Positions 28,791-38,889 of a stretch of 64,000 nt of DNA are shown here, one piece after another (positions within the stretch are counted from its first letter, which is position 1; every line of letters begins with the position of its first letter). A program made the translations under genes and the position numbers. The notes under the pieces were generated by a model. That model did no database searches. It saw nothing but the letters and a program-made list of their open reading frames with translations, and was not told the origin of the DNA. Origin of the DNA: an uncultured Haloferula sp. (lineage in GTDB: Bacteria > Verrucomicrobiota > Verrucomicrobiia > Verrucomicrobiales > Akkermansiaceae); contig CBFGTS010000004.1 of the NCBI GenBank assembly GCA_965652295.1, forward strand, positions 96,001 through 160,000, written 5' to 3'.

Positions 28791-30455
28791 ATGGAAACCG
28801 ACGACGAGCATCGTTTCGAGCAGCTCCTTGACCTCTATTTCGAGGGGGAGCCTGGTGACGCGTCGATGTCGGAACTCGACAGGATGCTGGCGGGAAGTCC
28901 GGAGCTGCGTGGACGTTTCTGGGAACGGGCCACTTTGGAAGAAGGTCTCGGTAGCTGGGGCAACCAACAACGCGGGGAGGCGATCGCTTGGATGAACAAC
29001 CTTCAGACGTCCGGGCCGCCAGACAAACGGATGATGTATGGCGGGTGGGCGGCCGCTTGCGCCCTGCTGGTTGCATGGGGTGTGCATGTCCTCTGGAATG
29101 CGGAAGACACCCGCGGGCCCGCGCCGAGCGTCGAGCGACAGCAGGTCGGTCCGCAGGTCGGTCCGCAGATCGGCCCTGCAGACGCCGGCGGCTATCCGGT
29201 GGCGTATTTGTCCCGCTTGGTCGGGGTCGAGTCCCCGGTCCGCTATCTGGGTGGTCAGGCGCTCGGTGCCGGTGAGGAGGTGATGCTCGACGAGGGCTTG
29301 ATGGAGGTGGTGTTTTTCAGCGGCGCGCGCCTGACGGTGAAAGGGCCGGCCCAGTTTGTGGCGAAGAGCGACTTGGAGATCGAGTTCCTCAACGGTGGAG
29401 CGGAAGCGGTCGTCCCGGAAAGTGCCATCGGCTTCAAGTTGGTCCTGCCTGACGGCGTGATCACGGATTTTGGCACTAGCTTCGATGTCAGCGTGGAAGA
29501 GGGAGCCACCTCCCGCGTGCAGGTGCTGGACGGGGAGATCGAGTTCGACCCGGCAGGCAATGCGGTGGGACCGAAGCGGATGTTCGCGGGTGAAGCGATT
29601 TCGGTGGTCGCAGGCGGACGCATGGAGACCGCTGAGTTCCGCCCGCAGGACGTCGGGGCCTCGCTGGAAACGCTTTCTGCGGCCGAAGACCGGGTGCGGA
29701 TGACGCGGTGGATGGAGGTCGCCGGGAAACTCGACGAGGACCCTGGCCTGCTGGTCCACTTCAGCCTCTTGCCGGACGAAGCGGGTTCGATCGTCATCAA
29801 CAACCACGCCCGGCACGCCGTCGCTCCGCGCAGCGGCACGGTGATCTCCGCCGATTGGTCGAAGGGTCGATGGAAGGGTAAACCCGCGCTGTCTTTCCGG
29901 CGGCCGTCCGACCGGGTCCGGATCGATATCCCGGGTGACTACCCGACGGCGACCTTCATCGCGTGGGCGCGGGTGGACGGGCTGCCGCGCGAGTACAACG
30001 GACTGTTTTACAGCGAATGCGGCATCAATGGCGAGGTGCACTGGCAGTTTTCCTCCAGCGGTGCCTATCAGTTCGGCGTGAGGCCGCTCGGCGCTCCGAT
30101 CGTAAGTCCTTTTCACCGCGCCTTCAGCCCGCCTGTCATCTCGTCATGGGCGTTCGGGAGCTGGCGGATGTTCGCCACCACCTACGATGCGGAGGCGCGC
30201 GAAGTGGTCCACTACGTCGACGCGGCGGAAGTGAGCCGCACCACGCTGCCGGACTCGATTCCGCTCCGCTTTGGCCGGGCCACCCTCGGGAATTTCTTCG
30301 ATCCATTGGCAGAACAGCACGCCGATGACGACGCGCTCAGCCATGAATGGAGTTTCCGGAACTGGACCGGTGCCATCGACGAATTCCTGATCTTTTCCCG
30401 AGTGGTATCGACCGAGGAATTGAGGGATCTCTACGAGATCGGAAAGGTGGACTGA
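28791..30455 (+). CDS. FecR-domain anti-sigma factor with C-terminal LamG-like domain
   Basis: TM helix; FSGARLTVKGPA, TDFGTSF, VLDGEI; GRWKGK.AL.F and GAIDEFLIFSR. Confidence 0.85.
   Translation: METDDEHRFEQLLDLYFEGEPGDASMSELDRMLAGSPELRGRFWERATLEEGLGSWGNQQRGEAIAWMNNLQTSGPPDKRMMYGGWAAACALLVAWGVHVLWNAEDTRGPAPSVERQQVGPQVGPQIGPADAGGYPVAYLSRLVGVESPVRYLGGQALGAGEEVMLDEGLMEVVFFSGARLTVKGPAQFVAKSDLEIEFLNGGAEAVVPESAIGFKLVLPDGVITDFGTSFDVSVEEGATSRVQVLDGEIEFDPAGNAVGPKRMFAGEAISVVAGGRMETAEFRPQDVGASLETLSAAEDRVRMTRWMEVAGKLDEDPGLLVHFSLLPDEAGSIVINNHARHAVAPRSGTVISADWSKGRWKGKPALSFRRPSDRVRIDIPGDYPTATFIAWARVDGLPREYNGLFYSECGINGEVHWQFSSSGAYQFGVRPLGAPIVSPFHRAFSPPVISSWAFGSWRMFATTYDAEAREVVHYVDAAEVSRTTLPDSIPLRFGRATLGNFFDPLAEQHADDDALSHEWSFRNWTGAIDEFLIFSRVVSTEELRDLYEIGKVD
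29141..29176 (+). repeat. 12-bp tandem repeat (x3) in anti-sigma linker
   Basis: GCAGGTCGGTCC x2 plus GCAGATCGGCCC, encoding QVGPQVGPQIGP. Confidence 0.8.
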
Positions 30456-30508
30456 GGCGTCGTGGTGGCCGGAGAGGAGTCACGGAGGTGGCGGTCCGGA
30501 TGGCCCGC

Positions 30509-31684
30509 TCAGAACAGGTGGGCACCTCGGGATGGACGGGATGCGAAGATCTCCGGCTTGATCCCGGTGGCCTTTTCATACTCGGTCGCCATGGTTTCCG
30601 CGATCTCGGCGGCGCGGCCGGACTCGCAGAGGGTGACGGTGGAGCCGCCAAACCCTCCGCCGGTCATGCGGGCGCCGATGACGCCGCCGGAACGGCCGAT
30701 GGCGCGGGCGATTTCCACCATGATGTCGAGTTCCTTGCAGGAGACCTCGAAGTCGTCCTTGAGGGAATCGTGGCTGGCGGCCATGAGCGGGCCGAGCGCT
30801 TCGAAGTCGTTCTGTTTCAAGGACTGCGCGGCACCGATGGTGCGGGCGATTTCTCCCACCACATGGCGGGCGCGGCGATTGACGGGGTCGTTGAGTTCGT
30901 CCCAGCGGCTTTCGACGTCCTCCGCGGTCACGTCGCGCCACGATGCCTTTCCGAGGAGAGCCAGGCCGTCCTCGGTGTTCTTGCGGCGCGCGGCATAGCC
31001 GCCGTCGGAGAGTTCGTGGTGAACCATGGTGTTGGCGATGAGCACGGTGAGGTCCGGGTTTTCAAACGGAATCAGCTCCGGTTCGCCGGTTTGGCAGTCG
31101 ATCAGGACGAGTCGGTTGGGCTGGCCGAAAGCGGACGCGAACTGGTCCATGATGCCACAGGGCACGCCGGCGAAGTCGTGCTCGGCCTTTTGGGCCAGCA
31201 GGGCCTTTTCCTTGGTCTCCAGCACCGTATCGAGCAGGCCTTCCAACAGCGTGGCGGCGGCGCACTCAAGGGCGGCGGAGGAGGAAAGCCCGGCACCGAG
31301 CGGGACGGATGAGACGATCCAGGCGTCGAAGCCCGGAATGTGATGGCCGCGGTCCTGAAAGCCGCGGATTACGCCGCGGATGTAGTTGGCCCATTTCGGC
31401 TGGCCGGGCTCCTTGCGCTTGGTGAGATCAAGCGTGACGACGTCCTGGCCGGTCGAGCCCACGTGCGCCTCACTGGTGCCGTTGGCGCGGGCGGCGATGA
31501 CGATGTAGCGCTCGATGGCGAAGGGCAGTACGAAACCATCGCAGTAGTCGATGTGCTCACCGATCAGGTTGACCCGTCCGGGCGCTGCCGCATGAAGGGC
31601 GGGCTCGGCATTGAACTGCTGGCGGAAAGCGGCATCGGCGTCGGAGGCGAGATCGGCAAGAGGTGGATTGAGCGGAAGAGCCAT
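30509..31684 (-). CDS. galK: Galactokinase
   Basis: APGRVNLIGEHIDY, PLGAGLSSSAA, CGIMDQ and GARMTGGGFGG. Confidence 0.95.
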   Translation of the reverse strand: MALPLNPPLADLASDADAAFRQQFNAEPALHAAAPGRVNLIGEHIDYCDGFVLPFAIERYIVIAARANGTSEAHVGSTGQDVVTLDLTKRKEPGQPKWANYIRGVIRGFQDRGHHIPGFDAWIVSSVPLGAGLSSSAALECAAATLLEGLLDTVLETKEKALLAQKAEHDFAGVPCGIMDQFASAFGQPNRLVLIDCQTGEPELIPFENPDLTVLIANTMVHHELSDGGYAARRKNTEDGLALLGKASWRDVTAEDVESRWDELNDPVNRRARHVVGEIARTIGAAQSLKQNDFEALGPLMAASHDSLKDDFEVSCKELDIMVEIARAIGRSGGVIGARMTGGGFGGSTVTLCESGRAAEIAETMATEYEKATGIKPEIFASRPSRGAHLF

Positions 31685-31775
31685 GAGAAAAAGGGCGCGG
31701 GTCGTTTGCGGTGGAGGTTGGCGGATGGGGTCGCGGGAGCAAAGGGGAAATAGGGTCAACCACTCCGAATGGGTG

Positions 31776-31811
31776 AAAGAAAACCCCGCCCGGAGCGGTC
31801 CGGGCGGGGTT
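31776..31811 (-). terminator. Hairpin terminator after SSS transporter
   Basis: AAAACCCCGCCCGGA-GCGG-TCCGGGCGGGGTT. Confidence 0.7.
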
Positions 31812-31838
31812 GGAAGGGGAAAGGGGCTTGGCGCTGGT

Positions 31839-33794
31839 TTACCAGAACATCGCGTAGAGGACGATGGTGAGGATGATCACCCCGACGCCCACGAACTTGG
31901 CCCCCGTGGAAGTTTCCAGAGAGATCTGGTCGTTCACCGGCAGTACGACCGGCTTTGCCAGCGGCTTGGCGATGGTTATGATGATCCCCAGTACGATCAC
32001 GATGAAGAAGCAGATGGCCATGCGGTCGAGGAAGGCGATGGAATCCGAATACCACCAGCCGTTCTCAACGAGCCACGGTCCGACGAGCCACTTGAAGGCG
32101 GCGTAGGCGATGACGTTGGTCACGATGCCGACGACGCCGAACCAGCGCGGAGTGCGGGGCGAGAAGAAGCCGAAGATGAAGACCGCCAGAATGCCCGGCG
32201 AAATGAAGCCCTGGAACTCTTGGATGTAGGCGAAGATCGAGGTGAAGTTGTTCAGCTTCGGTGCGACGAGGGCGGCCAGGAGGACGAAGATCACGACGAA
32301 CACGCGACCCATCGAGACCAGCTTCGCCGAGTCCTTGGTGCCTGAGAATTTGGCGTAAAGGTCCATCGTGGCGATGGTCGAGGCGGAGTTGAGCATCGAA
32401 GCCAGCGAGCTGATGACCGCTCCGCAGAGGGCGGCGAGAACGAACCACGAGATCAGCGGGTGGGGCTTGATCAGGTTGCGGACCAGAATCGGGAAGGCGG
32501 CGTCGTAGTCGTAGCCCTTCAACACGCCGGCCGGGGTCTTTCCGCTCGCTGTGGCGAGATCGTTGATCAAGGCAGCGGTTTCTTCCGGGGTACCGGTAGC
32601 CGGGACCGGCTGGTCGGCGGCTGCGGCGTTGTTGGCGAGAACTTCGGCGGCGAGTTCGGGCTGGCGTTCGACGAAGGCGGGCTCAACTTCATAGATGGCG
32701 CCCTGTTCGGCGGCGGCCATGACCTTTTCGTTGATCGCCTGGGCACCGGCGTGCAGGTCCCCGGAGAACAGGTTGAAGGCGAGGATACCCGGAATGACCA
32801 CGACGAAGGGAATGATCAGCTTGAGGAAGGCGGCGAACACGATGCCCTTCTGGCCTTCGGCGAGCGACTTCGATCCGAGCGTGCGCTGGACGATATACTG
32901 GTTGAGGCCCCAGTAGAAAAAGTTGGGAATCCAGAGACCGATGAGCAGCGCGGTCCAAGGAATGTCGGAGTCTTCCTTCGGGCGCACCATGTGCATCTTG
33001 CCGCCGGAGAGGTTGGATCCATTGACGGCTTCGGCCTCGCCGTTCTTGCCGTCGTTCAGAAGCATGAGGCGCTCCCATGCGCCGGCGGTTTCAAGGTCCT
33101 GAACGGTCGCGGTGGAGTTGGCGACCTTGGTTTGGATCAGCTCTTCAGCCGGACGATCGGAGAGGGTCTCGAAGGCGAAATACATCACGACCGCACCGCC
33201 AAGAACGAGGGCGGCACCCCAGATGAGGTCGGTCCAGGCGCAGGCCTTGAGGCCACCCACGAAGACATACACGGCCGCGAAGGCGGCGATCAGCCAGCAC
33301 ATCGCCGTGAGATTGTTGAGGACGGGAACCTCGTGGTAGTACTCCGAGACGAACTTGGCGCCGGAAAAGATCACCGAGGAGGTGGTGACGAACACGAGGG
33401 TGACGATGGCTGGAATGGCCATCGCGAGCCGGGCCACACCGTCGAAGCGATATTCGAGGAACTCGGGAATGGTGTAGAGGCCTGCCTTGAGGAAGCGGGG
33501 GAGGAACCAGAAGGCGACGAAGACGAGCGTCACGGCGGCCATCCATTCGTAGGAGGCGATCGCCATGCCCAGCCAGTTGGCGGAGGAGCCGGACATGCCG
33601 ACGAACTGCTCGGTGGAGATATTGGCGGCAATCAGGGAAAAGCCCACAAGCCACCAGGTGAGGCCGCGGCCGGCGAGGAAGTAACCGGAGGCTCCGGCGT
33701 CCTCGGCGTGGACTTCATCGCGGGCTTTCCAGATGCCTAGCGCGACGACGCCGACGACGGCGACGACAAACAAGATGACTTCAAGGCTGTTCAT
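31839..33794 (-). CDS. Sodium:solute symporter (vSGLT-like, probably galactose)
   Basis: YFLAGR, SLIAANISTEQFVGMSG, YWGLNQYIVQR and SSLASMLNSAST; lies between galM and galK. Confidence 0.92.
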   Translation of the reverse strand: MNSLEVILFVVAVVGVVALGIWKARDEVHAEDAGASGYFLAGRGLTWWLVGFSLIAANISTEQFVGMSGSSANWLGMAIASYEWMAAVTLVFVAFWFLPRFLKAGLYTIPEFLEYRFDGVARLAMAIPAIVTLVFVTTSSVIFSGAKFVSEYYHEVPVLNNLTAMCWLIAAFAAVYVFVGGLKACAWTDLIWGAALVLGGAVVMYFAFETLSDRPAEELIQTKVANSTATVQDLETAGAWERLMLLNDGKNGEAEAVNGSNLSGGKMHMVRPKEDSDIPWTALLIGLWIPNFFYWGLNQYIVQRTLGSKSLAEGQKGIVFAAFLKLIIPFVVVIPGILAFNLFSGDLHAGAQAINEKVMAAAEQGAIYEVEPAFVERQPELAAEVLANNAAAADQPVPATGTPEETAALINDLATASGKTPAGVLKGYDYDAAFPILVRNLIKPHPLISWFVLAALCGAVISSLASMLNSASTIATMDLYAKFSGTKDSAKLVSMGRVFVVIFVLLAALVAPKLNNFTSIFAYIQEFQGFISPGILAVFIFGFFSPRTPRWFGVVGIVTNVIAYAAFKWLVGPWLVENGWWYSDSIAFLDRMAICFFIVIVLGIIITIAKPLAKPVVLPVNDQISLETSTGAKFVGVGVIILTIVLYAMFW

Positions 33795-33891
33795 GGGTTT
33801 GGTGGATCAGTTGTTAGCGCGGTATTCAAGGGGGCGTGAAACAGGGCGGCAAGGCCGGAATGCGTGCTCGGGCCCACCCGATGAGAGGGCG

Positions 33892-33924
33892 AAAAAAAGC
33901 CGCCGGGGAGTGGCCCGGCGGCTT
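33892..33924 (-). terminator. Hairpin terminator after galM
   Basis: AAAAAAAGCCGCCGGG-GAGTGG-CCCGGCGGCTT. Confidence 0.75.
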
Positions 33925-33939
33925 GGGAAAAGATGGTAA

Positions 33940-35109
33940 TTACTCGGCGGAGAACTTGTGGACCATCACGTGGCGGTAGGTTTCGCCGGGCTTGAGAACA
34001 GCCGAGGGAAACTCGGGCTGGTTGGGGGCGTCCGGGAAGTTCTCGGTTTCCAAGCAAAGCGCGGTGCGGTGCTGGTACTTCACGCCGTCCTTGCCGGTGG
34101 TGGTGCCGTCGAGGAAATTGCCACCGTAGAACTGGATCGCGGGCTGGTTGCTGGTGATTTCCATGACGCGGCCGGACTTGGGATCCTTGAGGCGGGCGGC
34201 GAGGGCGAGGCCGTTGGTGTCGGGCTTGGTGAGGACCCAGCAATGGTCGTAGCCGAGGCCGAGCTTGAGGGCTTCGAAGTCCTGATCGACCCGCTCGCCG
34301 ATGGCGGTCGGTTCGGTGAAGTCCATCGGTGTGCCGGCCACGGGAGCGAGTTCGCCGGTGGGGATCAGGCCGGCATCGGTCGGCAGAAATTTGTCGGCGG
34401 GCAGCATCAGCACGTGGTCGGCGATGGGAGTGTTGGCCTCGCCGGAGAGGTTCCAGTAGCTGTGGTGGACGAGGTTGACGACGGTCGGCTTGTCGGTGGT
34501 GGCGGTGGCCTCCCACTTGAGTTCGTTGGCGTCCGTGAGGGTGTAGGTAATGGTGGCGGTCAGGGTGCCGGGGTAACCTTCCTCACCGTCCTCGGAGATG
34601 TATTCCAAGGTGACGGAGCCGGGGGCCTCGGAGTCCTTGAGCGACCAGAGGCGCTTGTTGAAGCCGACTTCGCCGCCGTGGAGGTGGCAGGGGATGCCGC
34701 CGGGCTCGTTGTTGGTGGCGAGGGTGTATTCCTTGCCATCAAGGGTGAACTTGCCGTGGGCGATGCGGTTGCCAAAGCGTCCGACCGAAGCACCGAAGTA
34801 GGGGTTGTTCTCGCTGTTGTAGCCATCGACGGAGTCGAAGCCGTAGGTCACGTCGGCGAGGTTGCCGTCCTTGTCCGGCACGGTGAGGGAAACCAGGGTG
34901 GCTCCGAAGTCGGAGACCTTCGCGGTCATCCCGGCGGAGTTGGTGAGTGTGTAGAGGTGGGTTTCGCGGCCGTCGGGCAGGGTGCCGAAGGATTCCACCG
35001 GAAGATCGGTGGTGGCGGTCCCGGCTTCGTCGGCCGGAGTGGAGGATTCCTTGCAGGCCGCGAGCGTGGCGACGGCACCGAGGAGCACGAGTTGGTTCAG
35101 GGCTTTCAT
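33940..35109 (-). CDS. galM: Aldose 1-epimerase (mutarotase), lipoprotein
   Basis: YFGASVGRFGNRI, HLHGG, NLVHHSYWNL, GYDH and CLETE; lipobox LAAC. Confidence 0.93.
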   Translation of the reverse strand: MKALNQLVLLGAVATLAACKESSTPADEAGTATTDLPVESFGTLPDGRETHLYTLTNSAGMTAKVSDFGATLVSLTVPDKDGNLADVTYGFDSVDGYNSENNPYFGASVGRFGNRIAHGKFTLDGKEYTLATNNEPGGIPCHLHGGEVGFNKRLWSLKDSEAPGSVTLEYISEDGEEGYPGTLTATITYTLTDANELKWEATATTDKPTVVNLVHHSYWNLSGEANTPIADHVLMLPADKFLPTDAGLIPTGELAPVAGTPMDFTEPTAIGERVDQDFEALKLGLGYDHCWVLTKPDTNGLALAARLKDPKSGRVMEITSNQPAIQFYGGNFLDGTTTGKDGVKYQHRTALCLETENFPDAPNQPEFPSAVLKPGETYRHVMVHKFSAE

Positions 35110-35243
35110 ATAGGGTTGGAAAACGTGGTGCCTCACCGACTACCTCATTCGAAGGAGGGAAGGGAAGGGCTGATTTGGAGATGTCGGACATCGGGCCGAC
35201 TCCGGGCTTTGACGTCGAGGGGTGGGATGCTTGGCTTGGAGTC

Positions 35244-35693
35244 ATGAGCACGTCGAGTGATCTGATGAAAAACCCCGAGGACTGGCTGCGGCGAATCCTG
35301 GTGGAGTCCGGCTGTCAGACGGGCACCTTGCATCGCTCGGCGGACGGCCGGTGGCTGGAGCTGGTGGCGGCGGTCGGGGTGCCGGAGAAATTGCTTCCGG
35401 TGATTTCCCGCATTCCCTTCGGAAAAGGCATCGCGGGTGCCGCGGCGGCGCGCGGCGGTCCGGTGGAGCTGTGCAATCTCCAGCAGGATCTCGGCGGCGT
35501 GGCCAAGGAGGGAGCACGGCAGACGAAGGTCTCGGGCTCGCTGGCGGTGCCGGTTTTTTCCGCGAAGGATGAGCGGGTCATCGGTACGCTGGGGATCGGC
35601 ATGTCCGAGCCTCATGATTTCAGCGAGGAGGAGAAGTCGCGCTTGGCCGACACGGCACGCCGGGTTGCGGAGGTTTGGGAGCAGGACCATTGA
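35244..35693 (+). CDS. Stand-alone GAF domain protein
   Basis: IPFGKGIAGAAA, SLAVPV and VIGTLGI. Confidence 0.8.
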   Translation: MSTSSDLMKNPEDWLRRILVESGCQTGTLHRSADGRWLELVAAVGVPEKLLPVISRIPFGKGIAGAAAARGGPVELCNLQQDLGGVAKEGARQTKVSGSLAVPVFSAKDERVIGTLGIGMSEPHDFSEEEKSRLADTARRVAEVWEQDH

Positions 35694-35724
35694 CCGGTCG
35701 CAGAGCGCTGTTAGTTTGAGGGCC

Positions 35725-36192
35725 ATGACACCCGAGGCGGCCGCGAAAAAAATCCTGGATACGATGCTGGGGCATCTGGGGTTTCCCGTGTCCATCGAGT
35801 TGCAGCAGCACGAGGACGGACCGTGTCTGCAGATCCTGACCAGCGAGAGCCGCCACCTGATCGGCAAGGACGGCGGCCGGCTCGACGATCTCCAGTATCT
35901 GGTCAACCGGATCCTGCGGAAACATTTCCCCGACGCGCAGCGGATCAAGGTGGACTGCGAACATTTCCGGGCGATCCAGGAGGACAAGCTGATGGAGGAG
36001 GTGAAAGGCCTCGCCGAGCGGGTGAAGGCGTCCGGCAAGGCTTTGAAAATGCGGCCGTTGAACGCCTATTACCGCCGCCTGGTCCATAATGCCTTGCTCG
36101 ATGAGCCGGAGGTGGAAAGCGTTTCGCCCTCCGGCGACGACCGTTTGAAGCGGATCACCCTGCGTTTGAAATCTCCATCCAAAGACACATGA
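35725..36192 (+). CDS. Jag/EloR-like KH-R3H RNA-binding protein (short form)
   Basis: LIGKDGGRLDDLQYLVN (KH) and RRLVH (R3H). Confidence 0.85.
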   Translation: MTPEAAAKKILDTMLGHLGFPVSIELQQHEDGPCLQILTSESRHLIGKDGGRLDDLQYLVNRILRKHFPDAQRIKVDCEHFRAIQEDKLMEEVKGLAERVKASGKALKMRPLNAYYRRLVHNALLDEPEVESVSPSGDDRLKRITLRLKSPSKDT

Positions 36193-36653
36193 AGAAGTTC
36201 CTTTTCGACTGCGGCACGCGCGAGATGACCACCTCCGCGGGCCTACTGGTTCTGCGGCTCGGTATCGGCCTGATGATGCTGATCGGCCACGGCTGGGCAA
36301 AAATCGGGATGTTCGAGAAAGCGAAGGACAGTTGGACGGTGCCGGGGGTGCCGCCGCTTTCCTGGATGTCTCCGCCGGTGAGCATGTTGATGACGATCTT
36401 CGCCGAAGTCGGTTGCAGTGCCTTGCTGGTGCTCGGCCTGATGACGCGTCCGGCGGCTTTCGTGCTGGGCTTCGCGATGCTGGTGGCGGCATTCCAGGTC
36501 CACGGGGCCGATCCGTTTTTCATGGCCGGAGGCGCGGCGAAAGAGCCGGCGATCCTGTATTTCCTCCCGTGTCTGGTGCTGGTGTTGGCGGGAGGCGGCC
36601 TCTACTCGGCCGATGCCGCGATTTACCGCGGAAAGAAGCGTCGGTTTTTCTGA
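36189..36653 (+). CDS. DoxX family membrane protein
   Basis: LLVLRL..HGWAK, AEV...LGLMTR and GGLYSAD. Confidence 0.88.
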   Translation: MKKFLFDCGTREMTTSAGLLVLRLGIGLMMLIGHGWAKIGMFEKAKDSWTVPGVPPLSWMSPPVSMLMTIFAEVGCSALLVLGLMTRPAAFVLGFAMLVAAFQVHGADPFFMAGGAAKEPAILYFLPCLVLVLAGGGLYSADAAIYRGKKRRFF

Positions 36654-36662
36654 TCCATCGCG

Positions 36663-37010
36663 ATGGAAACACAGCGACTCGTCTTGCCCGAGGACCTGAA
36701 CCACCTCGGCTTTCTCTTCGGCGGGCGGCTGCTGGCCTGGGTCGATGAGGCGAGCTGGATCGCGGCGAGCCTCGACTATCCGCACTGCCAGTTCGTGACG
36801 ATCGGGATGGACAAGGTGGAGTTCCGGCACGCGGTGCGGCAGGGGACGATTCTTTCGATCGCCTGCGAGCGGGTGAGGGAGGGCAGCACTTCGGTGAGCT
36901 ATGACGTGAAGGTGACGGACCGCCGGCACGACCAGGGTCCGCCGATTTTTACGACGCGGGTGACCTACGTCAGCGTTGACGACGCGGGGCGGAAGCGGGC
37001 GATCCGCTGA
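36663..37010 (+). CDS. Acyl-CoA thioesterase (hotdog fold)
   Basis: PEDLNHLGFLFGGRLLAWVDE. Confidence 0.88.
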   Translation: METQRLVLPEDLNHLGFLFGGRLLAWVDEASWIAASLDYPHCQFVTIGMDKVEFRHAVRQGTILSIACERVREGSTSVSYDVKVTDRRHDQGPPIFTTRVTYVSVDDAGRKRAIR

Positions 37011-37015
37011 AGTCG

Positions 37016-38752
37016 TCAGGAAACCGGTTGCTGGTCGAGGAACGACTTGCGGCAGAGTTCGGCGTATTTTCCCTCGCGGGCGAGGAGCTCCTCGTGGGTG
37101 CCCACCTCGATCACGCGGCCGTGTTCGAGGACATAAATGCGGTCGGCGTTCTGGATGGTCGAAAGGCGGTGGGCGATGACGAAGGCGGTGCGGTTCTTCA
37201 TCAGCGCATCAAGCGCGGCTTGGATGTCGTGCTCGGTCTGGGAGTCGACCGCGGCGGTGGCTTCATCAAGGAGGAGGATCGGCGCGTTCTTGAGCAGGGC
37301 GCGGGCGATCGAGAGACGCTGCTTTTCCCCGCCGGAGAGCTTCACGCCGCGCTCGCCGACGTTGGTGTCGAGCTGCTTCGGCAGCGCGCGGACGAAGTCG
37401 GCGGCGTGGGCGGCTTCGAGACACTGCCATACCGCGGCTTCATCGGCATCGCGGCGGCCGAGCATGAGGTTCTCCCGCACGCTGCCGTTGAAGAGGAAGG
37501 GCTCCTGGGTGACGTAGGCGAGGTTTTCGCGTAGCGAGGGCTTGGCCACGGTGGCGATGTCGATGCCATCGATGGTGATGCACCCGGAGGTGACCTCGTA
37601 GAAGCGGTTCAGCAGGGAGAGCACCGTCGATTTTCCCGCACCGGTGGATCCCACCAAGGCGATCGTCTGGCCGGGCAGGGCCTCGATTCCCACCTCGTGG
37701 AGCGTCGGCTGGTCGCCATAGGAAAACGAAACGTCCTCGAAGCGGACCTTCGCCTCGATCGGCTTCGGCAGGGTGGTGCCGTCGGCGGCGTTCGGCTCGT
37801 CCTCCGCATCCATGATCTCGAACACCCGGTCGGCGGCCGCGCGGGAGGAAAAGATGAGCTGGTTGAGCTGGCGGAGCTTCGAGACCGGCTCGTAGAAGAG
37901 GCTGAGGAGGAGGAAGAAGAAGGTGATGTCACCGAGGGTCATCCGCCCTTCAATGATCGCCACCGAGCCGAAACCGAGAACCAGCGCGTAGCCCAGCATG
38001 CTGGCAAAGGACATCGAGGGATTGTAAATGGCCCACCATTTCATCAGCCGCAGGGTCGCGGTCCGGACGCCGTGGGAGAGCTTGTTGAAATTGTCATGCT
38101 CGACGGTCTCGGCGGCGTAGGACTTGATTTGACGGATGCCGGCGATGTTGTCGTGCAGCAGCGAATTCAGCGCGGAGGTGGCGTTCCGCTCCGCCTTGTG
38201 GCGGCTGCGGGCGTCCTTCGAGTAAACCCACGCTCCGGCGATCAGGATCGGGATCGGCAAGGTGGCCCACAGCGCCACCTGCCAGTCCGTCAGGTACATG
38301 ACCACGCCCACCGCGATGAGCTGAATCAGCGCCACGAGCCCGAGTTCGATGCCGTCGATCAGGACCCGTTCCATGGAGGTCACGTCCTCGACCACCCGGG
38401 TCATCACGTCCCCGGTGCGGCGGGTGTCGAACCAGTTCAGCGGCAGCCGCTGGATCTTCCGGTAGAGGTCCGAACGGATGTCGTAGATCACGTTCTGCTC
38501 GAAGTGGTTGTTCACGAAGATTCGGGCGCAGTTCAGGCCGTCCTTGAGGAGGAAACTTGCGAGTCCGAGCAGCACCCACATCAGCAGCTCCCCGTGGCGG
38601 TCGGGATGCGGGAGGATCTCATCGATCACGTGCTGGGTGACGCCCGGGAAAAAAATGACCGAGACGGCCATCAGCGTCGCACAGAAGAATTGCGCGGTCG
38701 CAAGGCCGGGATAGCGCCTCAAATAGGCGAAAACGCGTAGGACCGAGTGCAT
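37016..38752 (-). CDS. ABC exporter, fused permease/ATPase (MsbA/MdlB-like)
   Basis: TM domain plus GSTGAGKS, LSGGEKQR, LLDEAT and IAHRLST. Confidence 0.93.
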   Translation of the reverse strand: MHSVLRVFAYLRRYPGLATAQFFCATLMAVSVIFFPGVTQHVIDEILPHPDRHGELLMWVLLGLASFLLKDGLNCARIFVNNHFEQNVIYDIRSDLYRKIQRLPLNWFDTRRTGDVMTRVVEDVTSMERVLIDGIELGLVALIQLIAVGVVMYLTDWQVALWATLPIPILIAGAWVYSKDARSRHKAERNATSALNSLLHDNIAGIRQIKSYAAETVEHDNFNKLSHGVRTATLRLMKWWAIYNPSMSFASMLGYALVLGFGSVAIIEGRMTLGDITFFFLLLSLFYEPVSKLRQLNQLIFSSRAAADRVFEIMDAEDEPNAADGTTLPKPIEAKVRFEDVSFSYGDQPTLHEVGIEALPGQTIALVGSTGAGKSTVLSLLNRFYEVTSGCITIDGIDIATVAKPSLRENLAYVTQEPFLFNGSVRENLMLGRRDADEAAVWQCLEAAHAADFVRALPKQLDTNVGERGVKLSGGEKQRLSIARALLKNAPILLLDEATAAVDSQTEHDIQAALDALMKNRTAFVIAHRLSTIQNADRIYVLEHGRVIEVGTHEELLAREGKYAELCRKSFLDQQPVS

Positions 38753-38889
38753 AAAAGGCGGTCAGCCATCGTGCCGTCGACGCCCTTTGTAAAGGAACGT
38801 TTGCAATTGCCGCATTTAAGGGTTGCGGGGGGGTAATCCGACTCCCTAACTTCCGGGCCCAAGAAACCCACCTTCCTCCAAAAAATTCC

